Source: Narcine bancroftii
Lineage: Eukaryota
Reading direction: 5' to 3'
Length of the DNA: 64,000 nt
Assembly (NCBI RefSeq): GCF_036971445.1
Contig: NC_091475.1
Coordinates: 157,170,001 to 157,234,000, forward strand
How positions within the stretch are numbered: the first letter of the stretch is position 1; every line of letters starts with the position of its first letter. Shown here piece by piece: positions 38,667 to 51,088 of this stretch. Below the pieces are notes generated by a model. The model worked only from the letters and a program-made list of their open reading frames with translations. It was not told the origin of the DNA and did not search any database. The position numbers and the translations under genes were made by a program.

Positions 38667-41600
38667 TGTAGCAGCCCACATGTGGAGACACAGACTGGCC
38701 CGCAAAATGGCCAATGGTGATCGCGCAGACCTGGGGGGGGGGGGTAAAGAGTGACACTGGATGTTGTCCCAGGTGACCTCTGCACAGCGGCAAGATGGGG
38801 AACTTTACCGGGAATGCTGGCCAATCTCAGGCCAGCGTTCCAATGACGTGGGGCCCTGATGTCAGCGCCTGGGGGTCATATAAGCGTGACAGCCAGAGCA
38901 GTAAACCAGTCTGGTTTTCCTAAACTTTAGTGTGTGTGTGACTCTTCTCCACATTCACGTAGCGCGAACGCTACATTGGTGACCCCGACAGGTCCAACCT
39001 GTAGTTGGACCCGAAGATGTTGGATCAAGTGGAGCCAGCGACCATCCACGCGATCTCCCTCAAGGTTCCATTGTTCTGGATGTCGCAGCCACACGTGTGG
39101 TTCGAGCAGGCCAAGGCTCAGTTCCAGCTCCAGCACATCGCCTCCGACTACATCTGCTACTTCTACGTCGTGAGCGCCCTCGATCAGGACACAGCAGTAA
39201 GGGTTATAGACTTCCTACGGCAGTAGGACTTCCTACGGCAGCCTCTGGAGCAAGGCAAATTTGCATCCCTAAAAGAGTTGTTAACCCACACTTTCGGGCT
39301 CTCCTGGTATGAGCACGCCACCTGATTGCTGCACATGGATGGACTAGGGGACAGGGCTCCAGCAGACCTAATGAGTGAGAAGCTCACTCTAACTGAGGGC
39401 CACAAGTCTTGTCTGTTCTTTGAGCAGATCCTTCTGGAGCAGCTGCCTGAGAATATCCGACTCTTGCTCACGGATATGGACTTCAGCAACCCTTGGAGGG
39501 TTGCAGCCCAGGTGGACATGCTCTGTAGAGCAAAGGAGGACACAAGCACCATCATAGACCACATCAGCAAGCCTGATGAACAGCCCCCGGTGAGATCAAG
39601 GGCAGTGGCTAGACAAGTTAATACCCCAGGACAGCGATGCTACTATCATCAGCGATGGGGTGTGGAGGCCGCCAACCCTGCAGGTTTCTGGGAAATGCCC
39701 TGGCCAACATCCACGTCTGGGACTCCTTGTCAGGCAGGTGTTTCTTGGTTGACAATAGCGCCAAGATAAGCCTCGTCACCCGCAACGGCAAGCACAGCAC
39801 AGCACTGAGGGCAGCCAACAGCTCCTCCATTTGGACTTTTGGGACCTGCACCATTCCCCATTTGTTTCGGCAACAGCCGCCTTACACGGACCTTCACCTT
39901 CGCAGCAGTGGCACAACCACTTGGGACAATCATGCACCCGCTTGAATGAGTTTGGGCTGACGATCAACCCCACTAAATACCAGTTGGTCCGGCACTTCAC
40001 TAAGCCACGCATGGTGAAAGGGCTTACAGGAATTCACCAATATGATAAAGTTTTACCACAGATTCATACTGGCAGCGGCACGCATCATGCACCCCCTCTT
40101 TGAATAGATGGCAGGCAAGCCAAAAGACGTTACTTGGGATGATGAGTCTTCCAGGGCATTCCAGAACACTACAGACACACTGGCCAATGCCACCCTCCTG
40201 GTCCACTCTAGACCAGAGGCACATACTGCCCTGACAGTCGATGCTTCCAGCACAGAAGTAGGGGGTGTGCTGGATCAACTCATTGAGAGCCACTGACAAC
40301 CCCTGGCCCTTTCAGCAGGCACCTCCAACCCCCCCCCCCAGAGCTCAAGTAGCGAGCTTTCGACCGAGAGCTGCAAGTCATTTCGTTACTTTTTGGAAGG
40401 CCGGCAATTCAGGGTCTTCACTGATCACAAGCCATTGACCTTTGCCTTCCATCAGGAATCGGACCTGTGGTCAGCCCAACAACAGAGACATTTGTCCTAC
40501 GTGTCCAAATTTACCACGGACATTCAGCACATCATGGGGAAATGCAAAGTGGTAGCCGACGCTGTCAGGCCCTGAGATTGTCAATACGTGCCCTGTCCAA
40601 AGGAGGTTGACTACGGGGCCCTTGACAAAGCACAGCAGCAGGACCCTGAGATCCCTGCATATAGGACAGCCATCTCCGGCCTCAAGGTGGATGATATTCC
40701 TGTCGGCCCAGGTAACCTGACACTGCTGCATGAACTCTCTACCGGCAGCAGCTCCTGCCCCATTGTTCCAGCTGCATGGAGGCACCAGGTTTTCAATGCC
40801 ATCCACAACCTGCAAACTGCACCACAGTCAAAATGGTGGCTAGTAGGTTTGTCTGGCATGGCCTCCATAAACAGGTCAGCCAGTGGGCCAAAATCTGCAC
40901 AAACTGTCAGTCCTCCAAAGTGCAGTTTCACACCAGAACACCCACAGACTTTTGAGCAAGCACTGCACAGGTTCAGCCATGTACACATCAACATAATGGG
41001 GCTGTTACCAGTTTCCTGTGGGGCAAGATACCTCTTGACCATGGTGGCCACTCCACAAGGTGGCTGAAGGCAATCCCACTGGCTGATACCACCACAGAAA
41101 CCTGCACCAGGGCACTCATTGACACATGGGTGTCCAGATTCGGGTTCCCAGTGCACCTAACCTTGGACACAATGATACAATTCACCTCTGGGTACTTTCT
41201 TGAGATACAGCTCCACCACACCATGGCGTATCATCCTCAGGCTAATGAGTTGATAGAGCACTTGAGTACCTCAAGGCAACTTTGATGGCCCAGCTCAAGG
41301 GTCCCAACTTGCTGGGCAAATTGCCTTGGGTCCTGTTGGGAATTTGTACGCGCCGAAGGAGGACTTCAATGCCTCGACGCCTTTGGTCATCCCCAAAGAG
41401 TTCCTGGCCCCAAATACACACCCAGAATATCGCGCAGCAACCCTTGAGAACTTGCAGTGAAAACTGGGGTCCCTGGTCCAGCAGCAACCCCCACCATATG
41501 GCCAGCCCAAACATAATGTCCCCAGGGATTTAAAGACTTGTCAGTATGTATTCGTGAGATGGGACACACAATGGCCAGTCTTACCATAGTCCTACAGGGT

Positions 41601-42030
41601 CATCAGGAACAACGGTTCCAGCTTTGTCCTCGACATCGGTGGGTAAGGAGGAAATTTTTACCGTCGACCACCTGAAACTGGCATATCTAGACAGTAATGA
41701 GTTGGTCTCCACTCCCCACCACGACACAGGGGCAGACTGCCCAAGGCTATTGAAAATGGCTCGGTTTCCAGTTCGTGCATGGTGACACAGATCGGCCTGC
41801 AAAATGGCTGACGATCGCTGCAATCAGACAGACCTGGGGGTGACACTCACCTTCATCCCAGGTGACCTCTGGCGGGAACACTGGCCAATCCCAGGCTGGT
41901 GCTCTGATGATGCGGGAACCTACATCAGCGCCTGGGGCCCACATAAGCGCGATGGCCAGTGCAATAAACCAGTCTCACTTTCCAAAGCTTTGGTCGCACT
42001 TCTTCCCGCTCATGTAGCGCGAACGTTACA
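38667..42030 (+). mobile_element. Internally deleted Ty3/Gypsy LTR retrotransposon in a DDIAS intron, antisense to the host gene
   Basis: 5' LTR TGT..ACA at 38667-38975, PBS TGGTGACCCCGAC, and a 3' LTR at about 41775-42030. Internal motifs: gag LFWMSQPHVWFEQAKAQF, protease FLVDNSA, RNase H TVDAS and FTDHKPL, plus integrase remnants. Flanks are CCAT and CCGC. Confidence 0.92.
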
Positions 42031-42930
42031 CCGCCTTACTTCTGATTCACTCCTTCCCCAGCCCCTCTCATCCCAATATTTAACTAAATAACTCTTCGAA
42101 TACAAACATTTAAATAAATTTGACTTTATTCTTTCTGAAAAATGTCTTACTAATGTATTTATTTTTATAAATACATTGAAGTTGTACTATTATTTTACAA
42201 TGTCATGGGAGACCACTTAATGAACTAAAATGTTTTTGAATGCTAGAAATCTGAAAAATGCAAAAACCTGCAAATATTTAACAACTGCAGTGAAAAATCC
42301 ATTCATTTTCTCTATTTTCACCATTGATGAAGCATATTCAAGACTTAAGTGACCTATCAACATTTCTTACACAGCCAAAAATACTTCAGCCATCCATCCG
42401 AATAGGCAATGATTTTAGTATAATATCTCGTATGATAGATAGCATCAGTTGTAAACAGCATTCAGCCAGTACTCAAACACCAGCCTAGGAAATGTGCGGT
42501 TATTGATGGATGCTTGAACCGACAGGCTATGACTTGCGTCCATTTTCTGTGATTTCCTGGACCCAATTGTGTCCGTAAAACATAATACACTATCAAGATT
42601 GATTACTCAATCCAATAGCCTGTCATTCTGCAGTCTCTCTGAAAAAATCAAGGCCACATCCAAAAATTTGTCGCACAGTAAACTACCAATAGGATTTAAC
42701 ATTACTAAATACTACCTTAAGCTAATCATAACACAAGGCTTAAAAGTTATGCCAATTCTGAACTTCTAATGATGACCTAAAGAGATTTTAAGGAAGGACA
42801 GAGGAAGGACCATCTGGAAGGAGGTTTAGATAAAGAAAGAATAGACAAAATAGCAATATCAGAAAATTTTCAAAGTTTACTGTATATTTCAATCTATTAT
42901 ATTTGATTCAAAGCTAATTTTAGTTCATAC

Positions 42931-43043
42931 CTGCCATGATTAAAAAGTATCCGAGATCCACATTTCTCACAAGCTGGATACAGAAAGCAAGTGTCATGAA
43001 GATGCAATATCGATGCAGCAACAAAATATCTTTTCTCATTCAT
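42931..43043 (-). CDS. DDIAS: DDIAS coding exon 1
   Basis: Acceptor at 43051-52, ATG at 43043, GTATGA donor. Encodes MNEKRYFVAASILHLHDTCFLYPACEKCGSRILFNHG, resembling human MNRRRKFLLASVLALQNSSFIYPSCQKC. Confidence 0.93.
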
Positions 43044-44429
43044 GCGACTCCTTAAAGAACAAAAAAAATAAAAAACCTAATTAATCATTTGCGTTCTAAT
43101 TAAAATGCTCAAATTAAAAATAAATGAACAAATAGTGGTTCTTCAGAGCAGGGTGATATCTGAGCGCATTAGTTCAAAGTTGTTTAGGTGTCAAACCTCA
43201 GTTGGTCAATGTTATTTTCCAGTCTAGGTGAATGGAAACTGGAGAGAAATACATACTCAATGAGCATTGCATTAAGCAACCAGTTAATTAATTTTGGAGG
43301 AGCTGAAACACCATTCCTTAAAAGTGCATGAGATCAGTCATATGTACTTTTATTAGTGAATGACACTTTGCATAAAGGTCTCAACATAAATAAAGACAGC
43401 ATCTTCAGTAGAAGATGGACAGAAACATTGGACACTATACTTATGCACCAAAATTCTTACTTGCTGCAGCTGAACAGGTACTTTGTTTTAAAAAAAAAAT
43501 TACATATGAAATAATTGATTAAAAAGATAATAAGTACACAAAAAAAAGATAATAAATATTCAGTGATCTTAATGCAAAAAAAGTGACTTGGCAATAGTGC
43601 AGACAGTCCCTTTGAGGCATCAAAAAAGTCCATGATTCAGGTTCAAGTCATGAACTTGAGGAGCTTCAAGAGCCTGATAGCTATCGGCAAGAAATTGTTC
43701 TTGAACAGTAAAGCAATAATCTGACAACATTGCCCAGAAGCAACACTATGGACGCATGTTTGTAGCACGGCTTGAACTGAACTTATCTATTATTTGAAAT
43801 AGTGACCAGCAACAATATTTATGTACAAATAGAATAATTCCAGGTAAGAGCAGATAGGAAACCCAACTTATCCATATCTAATTGTAGGTATTGCCAACAA
43901 GATACAAAAAACTTTGAATGTTTTGAAATTTATCTGTTAGCACATTATTTATGAACTATAGTTCCCACAAATATTTGTAAAGTCATTTCAAGGATGGATA
44001 CATTTTAGATTTGAATCAGCTGAACTCAATTTTCAACTGGGGCAAGGCTTTAAAAAAAAAGCTTCTGTTTACATCAGAGGTACTGAGGAAAAGATGGAAG
44101 AGAGCTTTAAGTTTCATGAACAAAATAACAAAATGTTGCCCTTGCAGCATTTCAACTGATCTTTTTCTGTCGCACCATATATTACTTTTTAACTACCTGT
44201 TAAATTCAAGGATAAATGGACTTGCCTCGATGGAGAACAAAACATACTTTTCCCACTGTATTTCATTCATGTGACAATAAATGATTCAATTTTTAAAAAA
44301 ATCCACATTGTCCCAATGGCCTAGAAAGCACTCCTCACCTCCAGTTCCTCAGAATTCTAATGAAATTTTGCATGGCCCCTAATATGCCTTACTGATTTTT
44401 ACAAATACATCATAAAAATCAGGGAAAAA

Positions 44430-44670
44430 TAAAGTATAGGCGCCACAAGACTCCCACCCCAAGGTTCAGGAACATATGCTATCCCTCCACCGTCAGACTC
44501 CTCAACCACAAACTTAATCAGGGACTCCTTTAAGGACTCTTATTTGCGCCCTTTATTGATTTTTTTCCCCCTCTCTGCATTGCAGTTTGTTTACAATATC
44601 TGTTTACAGTTGCTTACATATATATGCTGTATCCAGTTTGTTTTGCACGACCAATAAGAATCTCAAGGTT
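44430..44670 (+). mobile_element. Rex1-like LINE 3' tail
   Basis: Similar to 26345-26600. Confidence 0.6.
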
Positions 44671-44859
44671 ACCTTTAGTACTTTTGTCTGCACCAAATTG
44701 CAGATACTCCTTTTGTTCTCCCTATTTTGCTGTAAGTTAAAACACACTCGTTTCACAATTTCCCAGTTCTGAGGGGTCATGGAACCGGACCCCTGCTTGT
44801 CTTTCCCCAGATGCTGTTACGGTATCCGTCTATTTTCTTTCCTGTTCGATATCTGGACT

Positions 44860-44925
44860 TTAACGGCACCACTGATCTTCCCCTCCTCTTTTGAAATTCC
44901 CGCCGGAAGTGGTGCCGTCCAATTG
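44860..44925 (-). promoter_or_regulatory. Candidate DDIAS core promoter with an ETS + E2F + CHR-like cluster
   Basis: The string TTTGAAATTCCCGCCGGAAGT contains TTTGAA (44890-95), TTCCCGCC (44897-904) and CCGGAAGT (44903-10). It lies about 1.9 kb upstream of the DDIAS ATG. Confidence 0.55.
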
Positions 44926-44929
44926 TTGT

Positions 44930-45142
44930 CCCCCCTTCCCCTTTCCGCTGCCCCCGTTCCCCTTTCCGCTGCCCCTACTCCCCCCTTCCCCTGCTCCTAC
45001 TTCCCCCGTTCCCCCTTCCCCTGCCCCCCACTTCCCCTTCCCGCTGCGCCCCTACTTCCCCCTTCCCCTGCCCCCCACTTCCCCCTTTCCACTGCGGCCC
45101 TACTTCCCCCTTCCCCTGCCCCCCTTACTCCCCCCCCCCCCC
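44930..45142. repeat. C-rich low-complexity repeat (G-runs on the minus strand)
   Basis: Degenerate CCCCTTCCCCT(G/T) units. Confidence 0.9.
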
Positions 45143-48100
45143 GGCTCATTGGTCCCGAAGATCGGAAGGTGGAGCGATTGTTTTCGTTCCGGTTTTTGAA
45201 GCTGTCGTGACAGGGGTTTCGAAGAGTTTCGGTTCTTTTTCTCCCACTGATCCTGCTCGAGCCGCCGAGTTCCTCGAGCAAAGTGGCGGCCTGGATCGGC
45301 TTTTCCAAAGACTGCAGGACGTTCGGTGCGGAGAACGCACGGAGGGGCTTCAGTTCCTCGGGGTCCACCAGCAGCTCGTGTGTGATGTTAAAATGGGGGG
45401 TGGAAACAGTGGGAAGCGCAAGGGCCAAGTCGGGAGTGGGCAGAAAGGAGCGAGATTTGTTTCTGACTTGAGTCCAGATCACTGGAACTTCGTACCCAAC
45501 AACGTAATCCAAATAAGTATGGCTGAGGTTTGAAAGAATTGCACAAGTATTTTTCAGTGCATGTAGATTTTTGCTATAAAAGCAAAGATAGGCCTCGGCG
45601 ATGCTCATTTTTAATGGAATGAGAATGGGAACAGACTGGATTTTGGAACAGACTGGATTTTGTGTCCGATAACAGATTTTTATTTCATGTAAATTCTGTT
45701 TGATTTATGAGGAGGGATCACATCAAACGATAATTCTCCCTGACCATTCAGAGTCTTAACGATACAACCAAAAAGTCCTGAGTATTCTCTCATGAACAAT
45801 TTTTCCCAAGTGAAGTTCATTTAGCTGATTTTCTATTCAACCAATGTCGTCCCAACATTTTTTTTCCCCTGCAGAGTTATAGATGCACAGCTAAATTCAA
45901 AATGTTGAGGGGGTTTGGTGCAGCCCAGGTTGAATGAAGTGAAGGCACAGTAAATGACTTGTGATTTGCATCCTAACAACTTATTTGGGAGAGGCATACA
46001 GAAATATTCATGTAATATGAGAAAGTGAGAGGACTAAGACTGACAATATACTGAAGTGGTCAGATAGCTTAAAAAATGTGGTGGACAATCTGATGATTGA
46101 TGGTGTCGCTTTTGACCAGTAAGTCAGAGGGTATGGCAGGCTCTCAGAAACTGTGACCTACCTAAAGTGGACCCCAAAGCTCTAAAAGGGAAACTCTGGA
46201 GGGTGAAAAAGTGGATAGATTCAGCATATGCTCATAGAGTATGTTATTTGTTTGGAGCAGTATGGACACAGAGAGGCTCCAAGAAAAACAATGGAGACCC
46301 CATACAACTTTGTCAGCAGATGTCAGATTTAATAACAGCACTAATGAAACCAACAGCACTTGCTATCTTAAAATGCCAGGCACATAAGAAGGAAATGATA
46401 TGGTAATTAAGGGAAATCAGGCTGCAGATAGAGCAGCTAGATTGGCCTCTGGGTGCTGCTCTGCTGTTATTGCACTCAGGTGTTTATATCTAGAGCCTAT
46501 GATGGAGGACATAATTGAAATACAAGGTAAGGCAACTCTAGCAAAAGAAACAATATGAGGACAAAGAGAAGCTAAGCAAAACCAAGAAGGCCTGTGAAGC
46601 ACGGAAGAAGGTTTGTTGATAGAACCTATCCCTTTGTTAACTATCATCATTTCAGAGGTGCATGGGTTGGACCATTGTGCAGGGGGGAGGAAGAAATGAG
46701 GAAGATAAAAAAGGATGGATTCTGGTCACCCTATTTGCAAGCTTCGGTAGATCACATCTTGTCACAATGCGAGGTATGTGCTCAAGATAATGCTAGAAAG
46801 GGAATAACGACTCATATAGGCCATATACTTGCACCAGAAGGACCATTTAGGCATTTAGTGACCTCCATAAATCTTCATCCGCGAAGCCAAGCCAAAGAAA
46901 GATGTGGATATGATAAAAAGAGTAAGAGGGAAAAGATGCATGTTGGTAGCAATTGATAGATTTAGTAGATGAGTAGAGGCAGGAGCATGAACTGTAGTAA
47001 AATTTTTGACAAATTAGGTAATGCCAAGATTTGGTATACCTTCATAAATTTAGCTCAGACAATGGGTTGGCCTTTATCCAAAAAGTGATTAAATTGGTAC
47101 TGCAAATTCTGAGGATAAAACAGAGATTTGGATGTGTATATCATCCCCAGTCACAAAGTATGGTGGAAAGAATTAATGGGACTCTGAAAACCAAATTGAA
47201 TAAAATCAGTGCAAGCACTTAGCTTAACTGGATTGATGCTTTGCCATTGGCGTTGATGAGTTACCATATGCACACCAATCAAATGATGTGCCTGACACCA
47301 CATGAAATGCTCACTGGCAGACCCATGCCAGTGTCCCAATGGAGAGGACCGTATAAAGGACCAGGTCTGGAGCAATTAGAAATGGAACTAAAACAGTACA
47401 TGCCACAAATAACTATAGTACATAAATCTATCTATGCACAGAAAAAAACAGAAGGTGCAAGAGACTGATCTGGAAGAAGGATCTGTCAAACCTGGAGACC
47501 AGCCTTACTATTATGGTAACTGCAGTTCAAGTGGAAGGGTGATCCACTTGGTATCATCTTAACCATTGCACCAAGGCTGTCCCACGGACACAGTCTGATG
47601 CTGAATTTGAGGTAAGTGAGATAAGGAAGGGACAGCAGGGGACAAACTGGAAGAACAGAGAATTCCGACTAATCCACAAGACTTTGACCAACTAATAAGC
47701 AAGATTTTCAGGCACACTGACAGTTCTGAAAATGGCACTTCTCCAGATGATGTGGATAGGGATAAGTTGGGGGAAACCAGTCCTACTCCCTTCCTTTGTG
47801 ATGCATCCATCTGTTCCTGTGCATATTTGGAAACCATTAACTTAGCAGAGTTTGCAGACCTGGCATGGTAGCACTAGGACTCTGCTAGAGCTAAAGGAAA
47901 GAGCTAAAAGAAATACAACATTTACTTACTTACCATGTTGCAGGCACACACTACTGGTACTGATGGGCAAATTCTACAGAAGCAATGATGGCTAGGGAAA
48001 GCTGCTACTATGTACCAGAGCCAGACCAATAAACCACATAGTGCCCATGCCCTTTAATTCCTCTACCTGCACACAGTGGTGAATAGGGGACAGTGTGCAC

Positions 48101-48854
48101 AGCAGTGCCCGCATGTGATCAAGACTTGTAGTGAAGGTATGTGCGAGAGTGAGGAGGATGCATGTTTTTACAAGTGTATTGAGAATATCCTACACTATCC
48201 CTTTTGGTGCATGTTATCCTAAGCTTCTTCTCAATATGACCAAAACATCCTCGCTAAAAAATGTAATTACAGCAGGCCTTGGGCTATTAATAAAGAGAGC
48301 CAGGCCCCCTAGATGGATAACCTTGAGCTGCAGAGGAACTTAAGTTATGAATGCTTCACATGTAGTGGTAGTGCCACAGTCGGTCATTTCAGTGGAAAAT
48401 GTGCACAAACTTGGGATGTGGGTGATGAGAACAAAGCGGGTTCCCCTCCCCCAAAAGTTGCTTTGGATGCCTAGACTATCCTGTTAGCAATACTTGGTGG
48501 CTGTATGGGCTGTGTGATTAACACTCCCTGTGGGTTGGAGTGGCACTTTCACATGAGTGATGCTGGTTCAGAAAATTGTTATATCCCCGAGGGTGCTAGT
48601 AGGTGATGTACCACAACAAACCTTGCATCAGGTGAGGAGGGATTATACCCCTGATCCAACAATTTGAAATGACAGTATAGATCAGCCTAGGGGTATCCCC
48701 AATTAATTTTAGGCAAGAAACGAAATTGCAACTGGATTGGAATCACTTTTTCCTGCTGTAGGGATTAATAAAAATGTAGAATGAATAAATTGTTTATTAC
48801 AACCAGCAAACATTTATTAATTATACTGATGAGGCTCTCTCCGTGATAGGAGAG

Positions 48855-49559
48855 TGTCCTGGGTAAACTTGTACCTCTCACTTTGTTCATTTTAGATTAG
48901 TCACAATGTTTGAACTACCGAACGAAAATAGACACACACACTGAGAGCAGTTCAGTTTATACAAATGTTTATTATAAATTCAAAAGCTGATTTCACACTA
49001 CAATATGCTAGCCCTTCCCAACTATACTTATCAAATGCCTGGACTGGTCCCAACTGCCAAAGCGAGGCAACAACTGCACACTTGTAGTAGGTTGTCGGGG
49101 CACTGGTAGCAGCTTCTCCACCTCCCTCGACTGGGACGTTAGCTGGACTAGAAGTTCTTCTTGCTGAGAGATGTTGCCACCTCTCGGAGAGTCTCAAACT
49201 TCAGCAGCTGGACCATGGCTTATATTACCCAAAAACTGCTTACTCAAGCACCTATTCCTAGCACAGTAAGAAAGATAAGCGAGGAAGCTAGCATGCCTAG
49301 GCTTCTATTGAATAACATAATTTTCATAATGGTTTATTTTGCATCAAGCCTAGGCCTCTGACAGTCGGTGACCAAAACAAGCAGGAAGATTAAATGTTCT
49401 TGGTACACAGATGTCCTTTTGTCAGATAACTGCAACTCTGGGCCCTTGGTGGAATTTAGCTTATGTCTGCGGATTCTAAAAAAACAAGCAGGTTCTCAGC
49501 CTTGCAGAAGCAAAGGCTGCAAAAGTAAAAAAAAAACACGGTTTAAATCTTCCATTACA
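48855..49559 (-). mobile_element. Solo LTR inserted in the ERV env
   Basis: TGT..ACA termini and a 5-bp TSD GAGAG at 48850-54 and 49560-64. Removing it rejoins the env reading ALSVIGE*LDAGSKML. Orientation inferred from minus-strand AATAAA. Confidence 0.88.
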
Positions 49560-50046
49560 GAGAGTAATTGGATGCAGGCAGCAAGATGTTATGGCCAAAC
49601 AGACAAGCCTTAGATTGGTTCCTAGTGGAGAAAAGGAGTGTGTGTGTGTGTGTACTGTTTGGAGAGCATTGTTGCACATTTATACTGAATAATACCAGTC
49701 TGGAAGGATCTTTTACCAGGGTGATGGACAAACTGAAGAATTTAAGAAAGGTGCTTAAGAAGAATGCTGGGTTTGGACATCAGTTCTTTGATTCATTACA
49801 AAGCATGCTAGGAGGATGGGGGGGGGGGGGCATGGTTGACTAAGATCAGAATGAGTTGGTATTGTACTACTTATTTTTGCTGTTGTGCTGTGTTGTGTTT
49901 TTCCTTGTATTGTCCCTTAGTGCATGCTACTGTGAAGCAATTCCTCGTTGTTCTGGAAACCTCGGAACTGTCCTTGACTGAGAAGAAGATTCCAACACTT
50001 TATTATTTTGATTTGACACCAGAATGATGAGGTAATTTTTTTGTAG

Positions 50047-51088
50047 TGTTATGAGATATGTTACAATATACAAAGATCGTTACACAACACAAACAGTATG
50101 GATGAAATATGTCTTTAAAAGAGATGGATCATGGGGGTTTAGTTTAGGTTACACTTCATACACAGTAACACTTCTAAAAAGACATCTCATTTAAAATGCA
50201 AGAGCTTTGTTGAAGTGAGACTTTGTGTCACCAGTGACTTTGCAGAGGCAATGGAACTGCTTTGGAAAGAACTTCACAAGGAAGTGCAAATGGAACAAAG
50301 TCCAGACTCAGATACTGATAAGATCTTTCAAAGATTGGGTTTGGAGCCCTGTAAGAAGTTGTATGTTTTTTAAAAGCAGAGAGAGAAAAAAACAGACAGG
50401 TGATTTATCTTGGAGAGAGAGAGCGAGAAGTTTCAGTTCTACAGTAGCAGTTGAGGGTGCAAAATGGCAAGCTGGCAGGCTTGTTGAAAAACCCCATTTT
50501 GAAGATGGGTTGTGAGTTCTGAGTTCAGCCTATTCAAAACCCTTATAGTCCTTACAAGAGGACTTGGTTGGTTAGAGTGTTCCTCGTGAAAACAAGAGGA
50601 ACTCTGTGGTGACTTGGAAGAAGCAGTTATTTGGAAAACCCATGATAGGGCAAGTTTCTTCAGCAAGACACTGAAGTGACTGATGGGAGGAAATCAGTTT
50701 GTGTGTGTCCAAAGAGCAACAAATTTCTCTCTGAAACCAGCAAGAACCTTCTTGAGCGGTAACCATTTAACTTTAAGCACCAGAGACTGGTGGAAATTAT
50801 AAATGATAAATTCTGTGCACAATGTGAGAATTGCCTGATACCGGTGAACTTGGAGAAGTGAAAAGTGAACAAATGGACAGTGAAACAGAACTTTCCTGAA
50901 AATATACACATGGCAAACATGTGCGCTTAGAATGAGAAGGTTACATTAGGTTAAGTTAATATTAATAAATTTAAGATTGATTTTGTTATTATGTTTAAAG
51001 AAAATTAAAAGCAATTTTTGTTTAAGTAACTATTGTCTTGGTGAATTTCTATTGCTGCTGGGTTTTAGAGTCCTCTGAGCTCGTAACA
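50047..51088 (+). mobile_element. Solo LTR inserted in the ERV 3' region
   Basis: Termini TGTTATGAG..CTCGTAACA (inverted) and a 4-bp TSD GTAG at 50043-46 and 51089-92. Related to 55478-56213. Confidence 0.9.

Noticed and set aside
47900-49960. Domesticated syncytin-like env gene
   Set aside because: The frame has multiple stops and frameshifts and is interrupted by a solo LTR.
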